64,000 bases of DNA from Chrysemys picta bellii. Taxonomy: Eukaryota. The stretch covers positions 9,238,001 through 9,302,000 of the forward strand of contig NC_088804.1 of NCBI RefSeq assembly GCF_011386835.1, in the 5' to 3' direction. The notes under the pieces were generated by a model that was not told the DNA's origin, did no database searches, and worked only from the letters and a program-made list of their open reading frames with translations. Below, one piece after another: positions 38,601 to 49,745 of this stretch. A program made the translations under genes and the position numbers. Position 1 is the stretch's first letter. Every line of letters begins with the position of its first letter.

Positions 38601-39672
38601 CCTCTTGGAGCAAGGGGAACTGGGACACAGATTGTGACTCAGGCTTTTTCTGCAGTGAAGACATCAAGATTGCTACCTCCCTGCAAATCCCAGAGCAGAT
38701 GAGGCGCTGTGGCTTTTGCCTTGATGTCATTAATGGAGCCAAGTCTCAAGTTGGGGTCCTAGGGTTGTCCTATGTGGCTGATCCCTAGGGTAAAGAACAC
38801 ATGTTTGCAGCCTTGATCAAATGCGCAGCAATCCATTAACTCCTGGTAAGGACGTCCGGTGAAGACGAGCCCTCAATCACAACCCAATCTGCTTGCGGCA
38901 AAGCTACACGACGTGCACTAATCTCTCTCCACGGTGTGTCGCTCGACAACTCACATATTGTGTGGATTTAACTGGGGATCCTTCTAGGCCTCATGAAAAG
39001 AAACAGCTCAACTCTGTGCAAAGCCAGAGCGCTTCAAAAGGACATCGTAGGACTTGGAGCTCATGGAAAACAAACAACTGAAGACACTTGTTGGAGCCAA
39101 TGCCTGAGCCAGATCAGCAGTGAGCACTGGCCCTTCCTGTTAAAGCCAATGAGAGTCGCCCGTCGTTGGCCTCTCGCAGGCCCAGGCCTGTACTCGGGTA
39201 GCTATTGTACAGGTTTCTCATAGTGCTGCCACAGCACCTCGGTCCTGTCCTCCAGCCCACTCCCTCACAGTAACACACCCGGGTTCTGACTTACCGCAAG
39301 CCTGGCTCTGCAGTCCCGGGGACTCTCCTGAAGCACAGACTGCTACACAGCGCCGTGGGGCAATCTGTAGTGGGGCCAGCCACCCGTTAGGGAGGGGATC
39401 CAGACTACTATCACTTTGTGCCCACACCGGGAACTGAACCCGTGGAGCTCCAAAGGCAGAAAGCTGGTGGACTTACCCCGTGCCAGGCTGCCTCACCCCC
39501 CCCTTATCATAAGAACCCAGGTGGTCCATCGCTCAACTCATTCTTCCTGGGTAAGCTGCAGTGCTGCCTGTTTGACCACAGCATACAAAGCGCTTTTGCT
39601 TCCAAAACCACTGAACAAAACACAGGAGCCCGAGAGCCCAGCTCCCAGACACAAAACACTGTTCTACACCTG

Positions 39673-39811
39673 AACGACAAGGAGTCCGGTGGCACCTTTA
39701 AAGACTAACAGATTTATTTGGACATAAGCTTTTGTGGGTAAAAAACCTCAAGGTGCCACCAGACTCCCCTTGTTGTTTTTGTGGATACAGACTAACATGG
39801 CTACCCCGTGA
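39673..39811. mobile_element. Penelope-like fragment with inverted arms and 13-bp TSD
   Basis: ggtggcaccttt aaagactaaca…/aaggtgccacc…ggatacagactaacatggctaccc are Penelope-type terminal motifs; flanked by TGTTCTACACCTG at 39660-39672 and 39812-39824. Confidence 0.8.
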
Positions 39812-40259
39812 TGTTCTACACCTGGAAAGACGGGCTCTGTATTAAACAGCATTAGCCCTCCCACCCTGCATTCTATTCCACGGACCAATCGTCTCCTCCT
39901 CTCCTGCCTATTGTGCTCATCACAGTGCTACTGGAGCGCTTGTGTTTGAATGACACCTATTAAAATGAGGGGCACCGGGAAAAAGTAGAGTTCCTTATTT
40001 TAGATGAATCATTCTTACAGTCTATCCTATCCGTGGGCAATACATATTCATTGTCCGTAAACTGTAGCAATTAACACGTTTCCCATTGACTCCCACTAAC
40101 TTTTAATGGGAGCAAAATTAACACCGACACTGAATGCTTTTCCAAACCTCGCCCACGGAGTTTAACCTAGGACATGACTCAAACTGTATTATGTCAATAA
40201 ATAAATCAGACATTTGTTTGCCAGTGTGTTATGGGCACTGGAAAAAAAAGTCAATCAGA

Positions 40260-40400
40260 TGCCTGGTCCAGTGGTTGCAGTGCCAGCTTGGGATTTGGGA
40301 GACTCAAGCGGAGTTCCCTGCTCTGGTACAGACCTTGGCTGAGACACTTGGCCTCTCTGTGTCTCAGTTCCCCGTCTGGCAATGGGGATAAAAGCACTGC
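40260..40400 (+). mobile_element. MIR/CORE-SINE relic
   Basis: gcctggtccagtggtt head; gtgtctcagttccccgtctggcaatgggga core. Confidence 0.6.
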
Positions 40401-40519
40401 CCTACCTCACACGGGTGTTGAGAGGTTCTCAGGCACTAAGATAGTGAGATAAGTACCTAGGATAAACTGCATCTCTTCACTCGCCTGAAAACACACACGG
40501 CACAAGAGGAAGACGGATG

Positions 40520-40740
40520 GTCCCTGAGTTACTAAACTGGGGCTCGGGAGTTCAATTCTGCGTTCAATTCTTGGCTTTGCCACTGATTTCCTGTGTGTTT
40601 GGGTGAGTTGCTTAATGTCCTTGTGCCTCAGTTCCCCATCTGTATTATGGAGAGAACAACACTTCCTTACCACCCAGGGGCATAGAGGTTAATTCCGTGG
40701 TGCCTACAAGATGCTCAACTGTTGCAGTAACAGAGGCTAC
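40520..40740 (+). mobile_element. MIR/CORE-SINE relic
   Basis: gggagttcaattctg…gtgcctcagttccccatctgta…cttccttaccacccagggg. Confidence 0.65.
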
Positions 40741-41198
40741 AAGTCCCTGAACAGAACCTCAAACTCTTAGTAGTCTCCGAATTCCATTGTATCTTGCCTT
40801 TGTCATTGTATCATTGTATCTGCCTTTGACATGAGCCTACAGCAGCGGGTCTTACTAAAATCAACAATGTTTAAACATACCTGAAATTACTTCTTCCCTA
40901 GATATAGCTGTTCCATGCCTTTAACGGTGAGACATCCCATCAGCTTTTAAACAGAGCTAGTTACTGGCCTGTTGGCTAAGATCAAACCCGGGATGTATCA
41001 CTGACATCGATACATCCGCTACCAAGGGACCACAGCCTGTGTATGCAAGGGATGGATTAAGTTATCTAATAGGTCTTTTTTATCTTGCACTTCTATGATC
41101 CTGTGCCCTCTAGGAGATAACAAGATGGTAAGCTTAATGAGTCTTGCTTTGAAATTCCAAGCCAAGGCAGGGATACAGATAAAAGGACAGACTTGTTA

Positions 41199-41339
<141 letters not shown>

Positions 41340-43010
41340 TTAAAGAGAATCAGACAAACCAGACATTAACTAGACAGCCTCCCAGCCGGCTCCTTGCAGT
41401 AACCTTCTACGTAAACATCAAAATGGATTTCAGATACAATGGGCAGAAGCTTGAGATCGCTGAAGCTAAATTTCACTTTGCTACTTATCTTACAGTAGCA
41501 TCTTGTAGCCCCACTGGAGATCTGAGCCCACTTCTGCGAGAGACCATACAAACAGTGCTATACCCTACCATTCAAACAGACAGGTAACAAGTGGTAAGGG
41601 AAACAGACACAGAGAGGTGAAGTTATTCGAGGTCAGTGGCCAAATCAGGAGAAGACAGTAGGTCTCCGGGGTTCTAGTCCAGTGCCCTAACCACTGGGCC
41701 ATACAGCCACAGTCTAACACCAGAGTTTCTTGAAACCACCTGCTGACTTCCTCTGGAATTGTGGATGCTCAGAAATTCAGAAAACAAGTCTTCAAATGTC
41801 TTTGCTGGAAAAGGTTTGTTAACACCAGACACCTGAGCCTTTGTGGTTAAGAGAGAGAGCTTCTAATGCCTGAATTCAGATAGGGCTTCCTTTTGGTTTT
41901 TTGGAAATATACCAAGCCACATGAAGAATCTGCCTGAGCAGGAGCACAAATAAATGCCCTGAAAGAATCTCACCATGCCTAAGAAGGAACTGAGACAGCC
42001 ATAAAGCAAGGAAAGCGGTGGAGAGACGCCACAGTCACAGGGACAGTCTAGCTGGAAACTTGAACCAAAAAGTTTCACTGAAGTTTTGAAAGTGTTGCTC
42101 TGATCTGTGAGTAGGAGGCTCTTTTGCTTTCATTACTGATAGCCCTGCTCAGGTGTGTACATGCTGGTCAGCACGTTAGACGAGAGCTACAGAACAGTCT
42201 TAGCTCAGGCTACACGAGGAAATAATCCATCCCTGGAGCGGACACTCCTTACTGACTGTTTGCCATGGGTGATCATATGATAAGGATTACATTGCTCTAT
42301 CCCTACCACGTCCATTGTCTGAACTCTCCCCACCAGCTTGCAGGGCACTTCTACTTTTGCCAGCAGATTTACATGCTCGGGTTATGCAAGTGGCTTGGGT
42401 GTGGCTGGCTCTGAAGTTACTGTATTCTCGCTTGTTGGCTTAGTTAGCCGAGAAAAATGTTTTTTTTTTTAAAAAGTTCCTCACTTCTGAAATAACGAGG
42501 CCAAATTCTGCTCTGCAACGTGGGAGCAAAGGGAGCTGGAATTTCAAAAGGGAGCCACCCACACACATCAGAGGACAGAATGTGGCTTTAAACTCAATGC
42601 TCAGCTAACGTGTGACGCCCACCTCTGTGGCCGGGCGGGAAGCAGGAATCCAAGCCGCTTGGACAAGCGACTGTTATATTGCTCAAATGGAAATATCTAG
42701 GAGTAAAGACACACAAAAAGGAAACACACAGGCTATTTCATGCCTGCAGCTTCAGACCACTAGCTGATGGCACCGCCTTCCAGCCTGACCGGAACAGCGT
42801 GACACCGATTTCCTCGAGGGTCATCTGTGCTCTGATCACCTAGGAGACCAGCCTCCGCCGAAGTCTTTGCACAGATGCAAGACGTGAATGTGGCCGCACT
42901 GAGAGGTTCAATTTCCAACTGTGTCCTGAACTCTCAGCTCCATTCTTTTCCATCCCTTCACCTCTCTTTTAAAGTACACTCATGCAAAAGTTGCATCTAT
43001 CTGCCTCTGA

Positions 43011-43036
43011 ACACACACACACACACACACACACAC
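43011..43036. repeat. (AC)13 microsatellite
   Basis: Read directly from the sequence. Confidence 0.95.
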
Positions 43037-43157
43037 ATTCTGAAGACAGATAAGACATAAATAACAACTGGAACGAATCATTTTCTCTCCCCTTCTTACT
43101 GACGGGTTAAGGCTTTGGCTCCAAAGAATGGGACGGGGCGGTGGGGGTGGGTGGGTT

Positions 43158-43282
43158 GGATCACTTGGTGATTACCTGTTCTGTTCATTCCCTCTGGGGC
43201 ACCTGGCCTTGGCCGCTGTTGGAAGACAGGAGACCGGGCTAGATGGACCTTTGGTCTGACCCAGTAGGGCCGTTCTTATGTT
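43158..43282 (+). mobile_element. CR1 3'-end fragment (same subfamily as 34752-35327)
   Basis: ggatcacttggtgattacctgttctgttcattccctctggggcacctgg…ggccgttcttatgtt. Confidence 0.9.
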
Positions 43283-43518
43283 TGAATATAGCTGATTCCA
43301 AGTGGTAAATTATTGCAGGACAGTCATGGTGGGCCCAGCTGCTGTACGCATAATTTCAGGTACCAGTAAGACCCCTAATCTGCAACCACCTGCGTGCATG
43401 AGGGCTGCTGGGCCTTGCCTGGAGAATTATTGGAGTTGACAGGGCTCCCCTTTAAGCACAGCAATCTGCCTGCATGCAAGAAGTTGCAGGATCTGGGTCT
43501 AAGTGTCTATTTTAGGAT

Positions 43519-43616
43519 GGGATTTTCAACAGCGCCTAAGTGACTCGGAAGCTCAACTCTCATGAAAGTCAATGGGACTTGTGCTCCTCAGTCACTTAGA
43601 CGCTCTTGAAAATCCC
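43519..43616. repeat. About 100-bp palindromic (fold-back) dispersed repeat
   Basis: gggattttcaa…gcgcctaagtgact / agtcacttagacgc…ttgaaaatccc around the centre catgaaagtcaatggg. Confidence 0.8.
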
Positions 43617-44170
43617 ACCTGTAATACAGTGGGGGGAGACCCCCGAGCCCTCTGCAGTTTGAAGTATGTTTCGGCAAGCTTCCAATTTACCAAGTATGTT
43701 GCTATGACTGCCAAGAAAACCTTCCAAGTGTGCGCAGAGCAGAATGGATGCTGTGGTACCTGCCGGAGACTGCAATGATAGCTCTGAGAGGTCTGAGCTG
43801 CCCTGTTCATTTCAGTGGGGGTGTTACCACTTAACCCTAATGGTGACACTAACCCCCTTTTTTAAATATAAACCTTTGGTATTCAATTGTGCACCTAATT
43901 TAGGCACAGAATTACTGTGATTCCATGCAAAAATCACCAAACAAAGAGCAGAAATACAGCAGTGGTTCTAAGAGGCCCGGTGCTATTTTCTCTCATTTTA
44001 CGAATGAAAGGTTTAGCATCCTATTCTTCCCTTTGATATTTGTGAAAGCATCCCATTGTTAACTCTGCTGTGCTTCAAGGGTAGTATAACGGCATAATTT
44101 GACATAATTTGGCTCTTTCCACAGAATGAGTTTGATATCCACTTCCGAATAGAAAGAGAACTGTCGGAAC

Positions 44171-45159
44171 TAGGGTTACCATACGTCCGGATTTTCCCGG
44201 ACATGTCCAGCTTTTTGGTCCTCAAATCCTGGTCCGGGAGGAAATTCCAAAAAGCCGAGCATGTCCGGGAAAATAGGGAGGGGTCAGGGGGCTTGGATCC
44301 AGGCTGGAGTGCTGGGGCCGGAGCCGGAGCCGCTGGGGCCGGCGGTGCTCAGCCGCCGGCCGGTGCCGCTTGGCCAGGGCCGGGCGGGAGCTGGTCGGCC
44401 AGAACCGGGGCCGGAGCCGCTGGGACCGGGGCTGGTGGTGCTCGGCTGGCGCCATTCGGCCGGAACCGGGGCCCGAACTGAGCTGGGCCGGAGCCGCTGG
44501 GACCGGGATTGGGGGTGCTTGGCCGCCGGCCGGCGCTGCTCGGTCGGGGCTGGTGCCCCAGGGCCTGAGCCGAGCTGGAGTCGCCGGGGCTGGGGCCGGG
44601 GTGGGCCGGAGCCGCTCGACCGGAACCGGGGCCCAAACCGAGCCGGGCCAGAGCTGCTGGGACTGGGGCGGGGGGTACTCGGCCGGCGCCGCTCGGCCGG
44701 AACTGAGCTAGGCCGGAGCCGCTGGGACCAGGATTGGGGGTGCTTGGCCACCGGCCGGCGCTGCTCGGTCGGGGCTGGTGCCCCAGGGACTGAGCCGAGC
44801 TGGAGTCGCCGGGGCCGGGGTGGGCCAGAGTTGCTCGACCGGAACCGGGGCCCAAACCGAGCCGGGCCAGAGCTGCTGGGACTGGGGCTGGGGGTGCTTG
44901 GCCGGCGCCGCTCGGCTGGGGCCGGGCCGGAGCCGCTTGGTCGAGGCTGGTGCCCCAGGGCCTGAGCCAAGCTGGAGTCGCCGGGGCCGGAGCCGGGGAG
45001 GGCCGGAGCCGCTCGGACGGAACCGGGGCCAGCGCCCCAGGGCCCAAGCAGAGCCGGGCCGGAGACACCGAGGCCAGAACTGCTCTGCCGGGAGGGCCGG
45101 ACTGGGCCACACCCCGTGGAGTGTCCTCTTTTTGTTTTTTTTAAACTATGGTAACCCTA
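44171..45159. mobile_element. Non-autonomous hAT element (TAGGGTTACCATA TIR) with internal GC-rich tandem repeats
   Basis: Perfect 13-bp TIRs; 8-bp flanks GTCGGAAC/GTCTGAAC (one mismatch); about 225-bp units start near 44521 and 44746. Confidence 0.9.
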
Positions 45160-45789
45160 GTCTGAACATGACCCAATGCAGTGCTGTCCGAGTCTGTACA
45201 TATAGCCCGGAGTGTAGCAAGGACGTTAGATCCAGAGATTCCTCTCAGGTGGGTGTTGAATCTGAAGCCTACTGATGACAATTTAAACTATTTCATGGTT
45301 TCTGCTGAAACATTCCCAGCCAGCTTTTTCTTGCAGAGAGGACTGTTCATCTGTGAATGGAACTCCAGAAGAATGCAATCACCACCACTCATGCCCAATC
45401 GGATCTGTGCTCTCTTCAGATGCCCCGTTTCCAGGGAATTTCCTCCCCCCTCTTTTGATTGAAGGAAGTTTATCATGAATAGAAGATAGGGCATGATATG
45501 GCAACCTAAGATTTATTATGTTATTACCAAGAGGTAATAAGGACTGGTGCCACCCAAGCATGTGTGTCAAATAGTATTTCAACCATTATTTCTATGCATA
45601 TGCACAGACATGCAAATAGTGCATAGTATCTTGCATTGCTCTGTTTACCAATCAGAGAAGTGTATTCCTATTTAATCTAAACGTTTAGTACTGGGTTAAC
45701 AGCATGATAAAAGGCTACAGTAGCACAGGAGGTTTATGGAGGACACTAGCTCTGTGGTTCTGCAGAGTTACAATTATTATGCATCTGTA

Positions 45790-45916
45790 TGCATCCGAAG
45801 AAGTGGGCTGTAGTCCACGAAAGCTTATGCTCTAATAAATTTGTTAGTCTCTAAGGTGCCACAAGTACTCCTGTTATTTTTGCGGATACAGACTAACACG
45901 GCTGCTACTCTGAAAC
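45790..45916 (+). mobile_element. Penelope-like element terminal (pseudo-LTR) fragment
   Basis: cacgaaagcttatgctctaataaatttgttagtctctaaggtgccacaagtactcc…gactaacacggctgctactctgaaac. Confidence 0.85.
45791..45830 (+). ncRNA. Minimal type-I hammerhead-ribozyme-like motif within the Penelope fragment
   Basis: GCAU / CCGAAGA-A / GUGGGC-UGUA-GUCCAC / GAA-AGCU-U / AUGC: helix I of 4 bp, helix II of 6 bp with one G-U, palindromic AGCU in place of helix III. Activity not tested. Confidence 0.65.
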
Positions 45917-46009
45917 AATGTCCAGCCACATCTGTTGAAGGTACTTATCTGTCCCCCATTACCAGAACATCTGAGCACTATAGTCTCATTATTTATCCCC
46001 AGGAGGTAG

Positions 46010-46150
46010 GGCAGTGCTGTTATCAGATGGGAAACTGAGGGAACAGAAAGATTAAGTGACTTGCCCAGGGCAGTCTGTGGCAGAGCCGGGAATTGAACCT
46101 GGGTCTCATGAGTGCCAGACTGGTGCCCCAATCATTGGACCATCTTTCCT
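46010..46150 (-). mobile_element. MIR/CORE-SINE relic
   Basis: cagatgggaaactgagg…ttaagtgacttgccca…gggaattgaacctggg. Confidence 0.7.
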
Positions 46151-46424
46151 CTCTCCAGCCAACAGAATCAGGACTATCAGTTTTGTCAGGTCGTTATCTC
46201 CATCCTCTCACCCCTGCCAGTCTGCCTGCCTGTAGGAGACAGAGTTCTAGTTCCAGGTGACCGTGGGCCAAGTCACTTTGCCTCGGTTTCCCCCTCTGTA
46301 ACAACAGGAGTAATACTGACCCATGATTACAAAGCTGAGCAGGTGCACTGGGGAGATACACGGGCTAACCCCATAAAGGGTTAAGTGGAACCTGGATATT
46401 AGATTACTTTAATCCAATTTAGTA

Positions 46425-46696
46425 GACCAGGTCTACACTGCAGATCTGTATCGGTATAACAACATCGCGCAGGGGTGTGAAAAATCCACACCCGTCAGCG
46501 ACGTAGTTACACCGACCTAACCCCCCATATATACAGCGCTGCATTGATGGAAGAGCTTCTCCCGTTGACATAGCTACCACCTCTTGGGGAGGTCGATTAA
46601 TTACGCTGGCGGGAGAAGCTCTCTCATCAGGGTAAGAGCATCTTCACATAAGTGCTGCAGTTGTGCCGACGCAGCGTTTTAAGTGTAGACCTGCCC
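46425..46696. mobile_element. PIF/Harbinger-type MITE
   Basis: caggtctacactg / agtgtagacctgccc termini; TSD not clean. Confidence 0.75.
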
Positions 46697-47271
46697 TTGG
46701 TTTATATTATTTAGATGGCAAACTCCATATGTTGGTACAAGTGCCTAGGACATTGGGCCCCTGGTCTGTGAATGCTACCGTAATACACACAAAGAACAGT
46801 AACATAGAAAGCTCTCTGAAAATCAGGACAATCGGATAGTGACCTAGTGAAGTAGGTACAGCACAAATACTAGAGGTGTTCTCAGCAAGTACAAGGGGCT
46901 GAGACAGCTCACCTGAGATTGTCCTATTCTTGCTAAGACCTGTGTTATGCAGGAGGTCAGACCAGATGATCATAATGGTCCCTTCTGGCTTCAAATCTAT
47001 CATGGGATCTGTGAAAGTCACTGTAACCAAATTTCAACTTCAAGAGGACTTGTAAAGGTACAGGAGGCATGCAATGCTCTTTCTCCTATGACCCTCCAGG
47101 ACACTGCACTGCTTGAACACAGGTTCTTCTGAAGACTTAGTTAGGACCTGCTACACTGCTCTTTGGAAGACACGGGTCTTTGGAAGACACCACAGGGGAG
47201 ATAACAAGTCCTAGCAGTCAGCAAATACAGGTCCCCAAGCCAGAAAGGTCTGGGCCCACATATGTACTTAC

Positions 47272-47323
47272 CAGAACAGAATGGGTTGGTGGGGTTGAAG
47301 TTAATGGCAAATTCGTGAGATAC
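47272..47323 (-). CDS. CPNE2: Copine-2 coding exon (VSHEFAINFNPTNPFCS(G))
   Basis: 52 nt; pyrimidine tract plus cag acceptor, gtaagt donor; phase 0 in, phase 1 out; peptide matches CPNE2 as recalled. Confidence 0.96.
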
Positions 47324-47757
47324 CTGGAGGGAAAAAAAACAACAACCCAAATTGACATGGGAGCTAAGCACAGAGTGGGGTTTCTGGCAATAGGCTTGGC
47401 AAAAGAACGTAAGGCGGTTTTTGGGTCTGATGGGCAGAACTCCCCTGCACTGCCCAAAGGGAGTCTTGCTTTGTTTTGGCAGGGCCACCAATTTATTAAT
47501 TCCCCATGCTGGGTCTGCAACATTTCCTATGCCCCCAGCTATGGCAAGCATACGAAAAGTGAAAATTAACCCACTCCGACTTCAGTAGCTTTGGGGGGCT
47601 GGGATAGTTCCTTTTGCCTTAAAGCCTTTTGATTAAATCTCCACTCAGCTTCCTGTGAAATTGGGATTCCCATCACTAATTCCTTAGTGAACAGTAAGAA
47701 ACTGAGTTTGTCCATGTTGCTTCCCTTTGCCTACCTGGAGGAAGAGCACAGGGAGAA

Positions 47758-47846
47758 GGGCCCAGATCCTCAAAAGGTATTTAGGCGCCTAGCTCCTATT
47801 GATCTCAGTGGGAGCAAGACACCTACATACCTTTGAGGATGTGGGC
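47758..47846. repeat. About 90-bp palindromic dispersed repeat
   Basis: cccagatcctcaaaaggtatttagg / cctacatacctttgaggatgtggg around ctcctattgatctcagtgggag. Confidence 0.75.
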
Positions 47847-48874
47847 AGAGCCGCGGAGACGGGCCAATCGGCTGGCACATCTCTCACATACCCCACCAAG
47901 AATCACACTCGCTAGAAGTGACATTAATTCCATGTAAGGTCACAAAAGGCTCAAACGACGTTAACCACATGACACACAGTCCCTGTTCCCCATCCCTTTG
48001 CAAGCTGGCACTGCAGAGCAGGTGACAGAGGTAACCCCCTGGAATTGCTTGGACTGGCTTTCCCAACCATCAAGGAAAATGCCCATCTTCCTAGGCCGTA
48101 ACAAGAGACACTCAAGGTCTTCAGGCAACTGACACCATATGGGAGGAGTTATCCGCCTCTCCGGAAATGGGGAGATGCTTCCGAAAGGGGATTCCTTGGG
48201 ACGCTGGCAACTGAAGAGTGCCTGGCATTTCCTATCAGTTCCGTGGCAGCTCAGCCCGACCATTTGCAAAATTAATAGCAATGCTAATTGCAAAGCTCTC
48301 CTCAGGAAGCTACTCTCAGCATCAATTACATTAAGAGGCGCTTGCTTTTATTGCTCCTAATAATTTCTGCTCAGGCCATATGAATGAATGACTCAGGAAG
48401 TGCTCTACCAGTCGGGCTCCCGGGGGAGTGCACAAGCGTAAGTGAGAGCACGAGTGATAAGAACAGTCGATGAAACGCAGCCTGAGCCAGGTCTCAGTGC
48501 ACATCTCTGCCATTCCAGTGCAGAAGATTTGCTCAGCAGCTCTGGACTGGTGATTGCCAGAAACCACTGCACCGTTTCTTGGAACAACTCCACTGAAATG
48601 CCCTGGTGATAGGAGCAAAGGATTCTAAGGCCCAGCAGGGAAAGACCAGGGGTGAGGGACTGAGTGGGGAAAGAGGCTGGGAACCCCTTCAGTAGCAGAT
48701 GCTTTGAACTAATCAGCATGTACTGTTCTCTGACGAGGCCTAAAGAAATTAGAAGAGAGGAATGACTCCTTGAGACCCACTAGCGATCTCGCTATGCAGA
48801 TTGGAGACTGTGGATACTGGCACGACAGAGAATCTCAGACTAGTCAGATCAGCAACAGGGAGATGCACCACTTT

Positions 48875-49282
48875 AATCATAGACTATCAGGGTTGGAAGG
48901 GACCTCAGGAGGTCATCTAGTACCACCCCTTGCTCAAAGCCGGACCAATCCCCAACTAAATCATCCCAGCCAGGGCTTTGTCAAGCCTGACCTTAAAAAC
49001 TTCTAAGGAAGGAGATTCCACCACCTCCCTAGGTAACCCATTCCAGTGTTTCACCACCCTCCTAGTGAAAAAGTTTTTTTCTAATATCCAACCTAGACCT
49101 CCCCCACTGCAACTTGAGACCATTACTCCTTGTTCTGTCATCTGCCACCACTGAGAACAGTCTAGATCCATCTTCTCTGGAACCCCTTTCAGGTAGTTGA
49201 AAGCAGCTATCAAATCCCCCCTCATTCTTCTCTTCTGCGGACTAAACAATCCCAGTTCCCTCAGCCTCTCCTCATAAATCAT
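48875..49282 (-). mobile_element. CR1 LINE 3' fragment
   Basis: Minus [15 protein letters not shown]…[34 protein letters not shown] is the CR1 ORF2 end; 3' tail present. Confidence 0.93.
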
Positions 49283-49599
49283 GCTGGGAGCTGTGCCCCA
49301 CCCCCGGAGCAGGGCATGCTGCTTTCTTTAGCCTAACTCTGCTACCAGAGAGTGCGATGCGTTGGTTCAAGCACAAGGGGTGGGCTACAACTCGGGTTCT
49401 CGTAACGAGCTCTGCCAGTGATTTGCTGTGGGTGAGCAATTCACTTAGGGCTTAACTGTCAAACTCAGAGGAGTAAATGTAGGCACTTAAACTGATAATT
49501 TAGGCACTTAAATAACTAGTCTGACTAGCAGTAGTGCGAAGCATCCCCAACTCCCTTTTTCAACACTGCTGACAATTAGGCCGGTTATTTAGGCCACTA

Positions 49600-49745
49600 A
49601 TCTCAGGTGCCCAAATGTGAAGATGCAGCCTCAGTTTGCCAGTGACATTGGGGATAATAAATCCCCCATCTCTTACGGGTTTTGAGGGTTAAATAATGTA
49701 TGCAAAGCGCCTTGATATCCTCAGACAGAGGATGCTGCAGTCCAC
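49600..49745 (-). mobile_element. MIR/CORE-SINE relic
   Basis: gcctcagtttgcc…aatccccatcttacgggttttgagggttaaataatgtatgcaaagcgc. Confidence 0.45.

Noticed and set aside
44203-45275. Multiple 90-253 aa ORFs on both strands
   Set aside because: They lie in GC-rich tandem repeats of a hAT element; the peptides are low-complexity Gly/Pro/Arg and are stop-free only because of composition.
47318-47326. AG|GT recursive splice site at the start of the VSHEF exon
   Set aside because: The GT is forced by the conserved Val codon and GTATCT is a poor donor.
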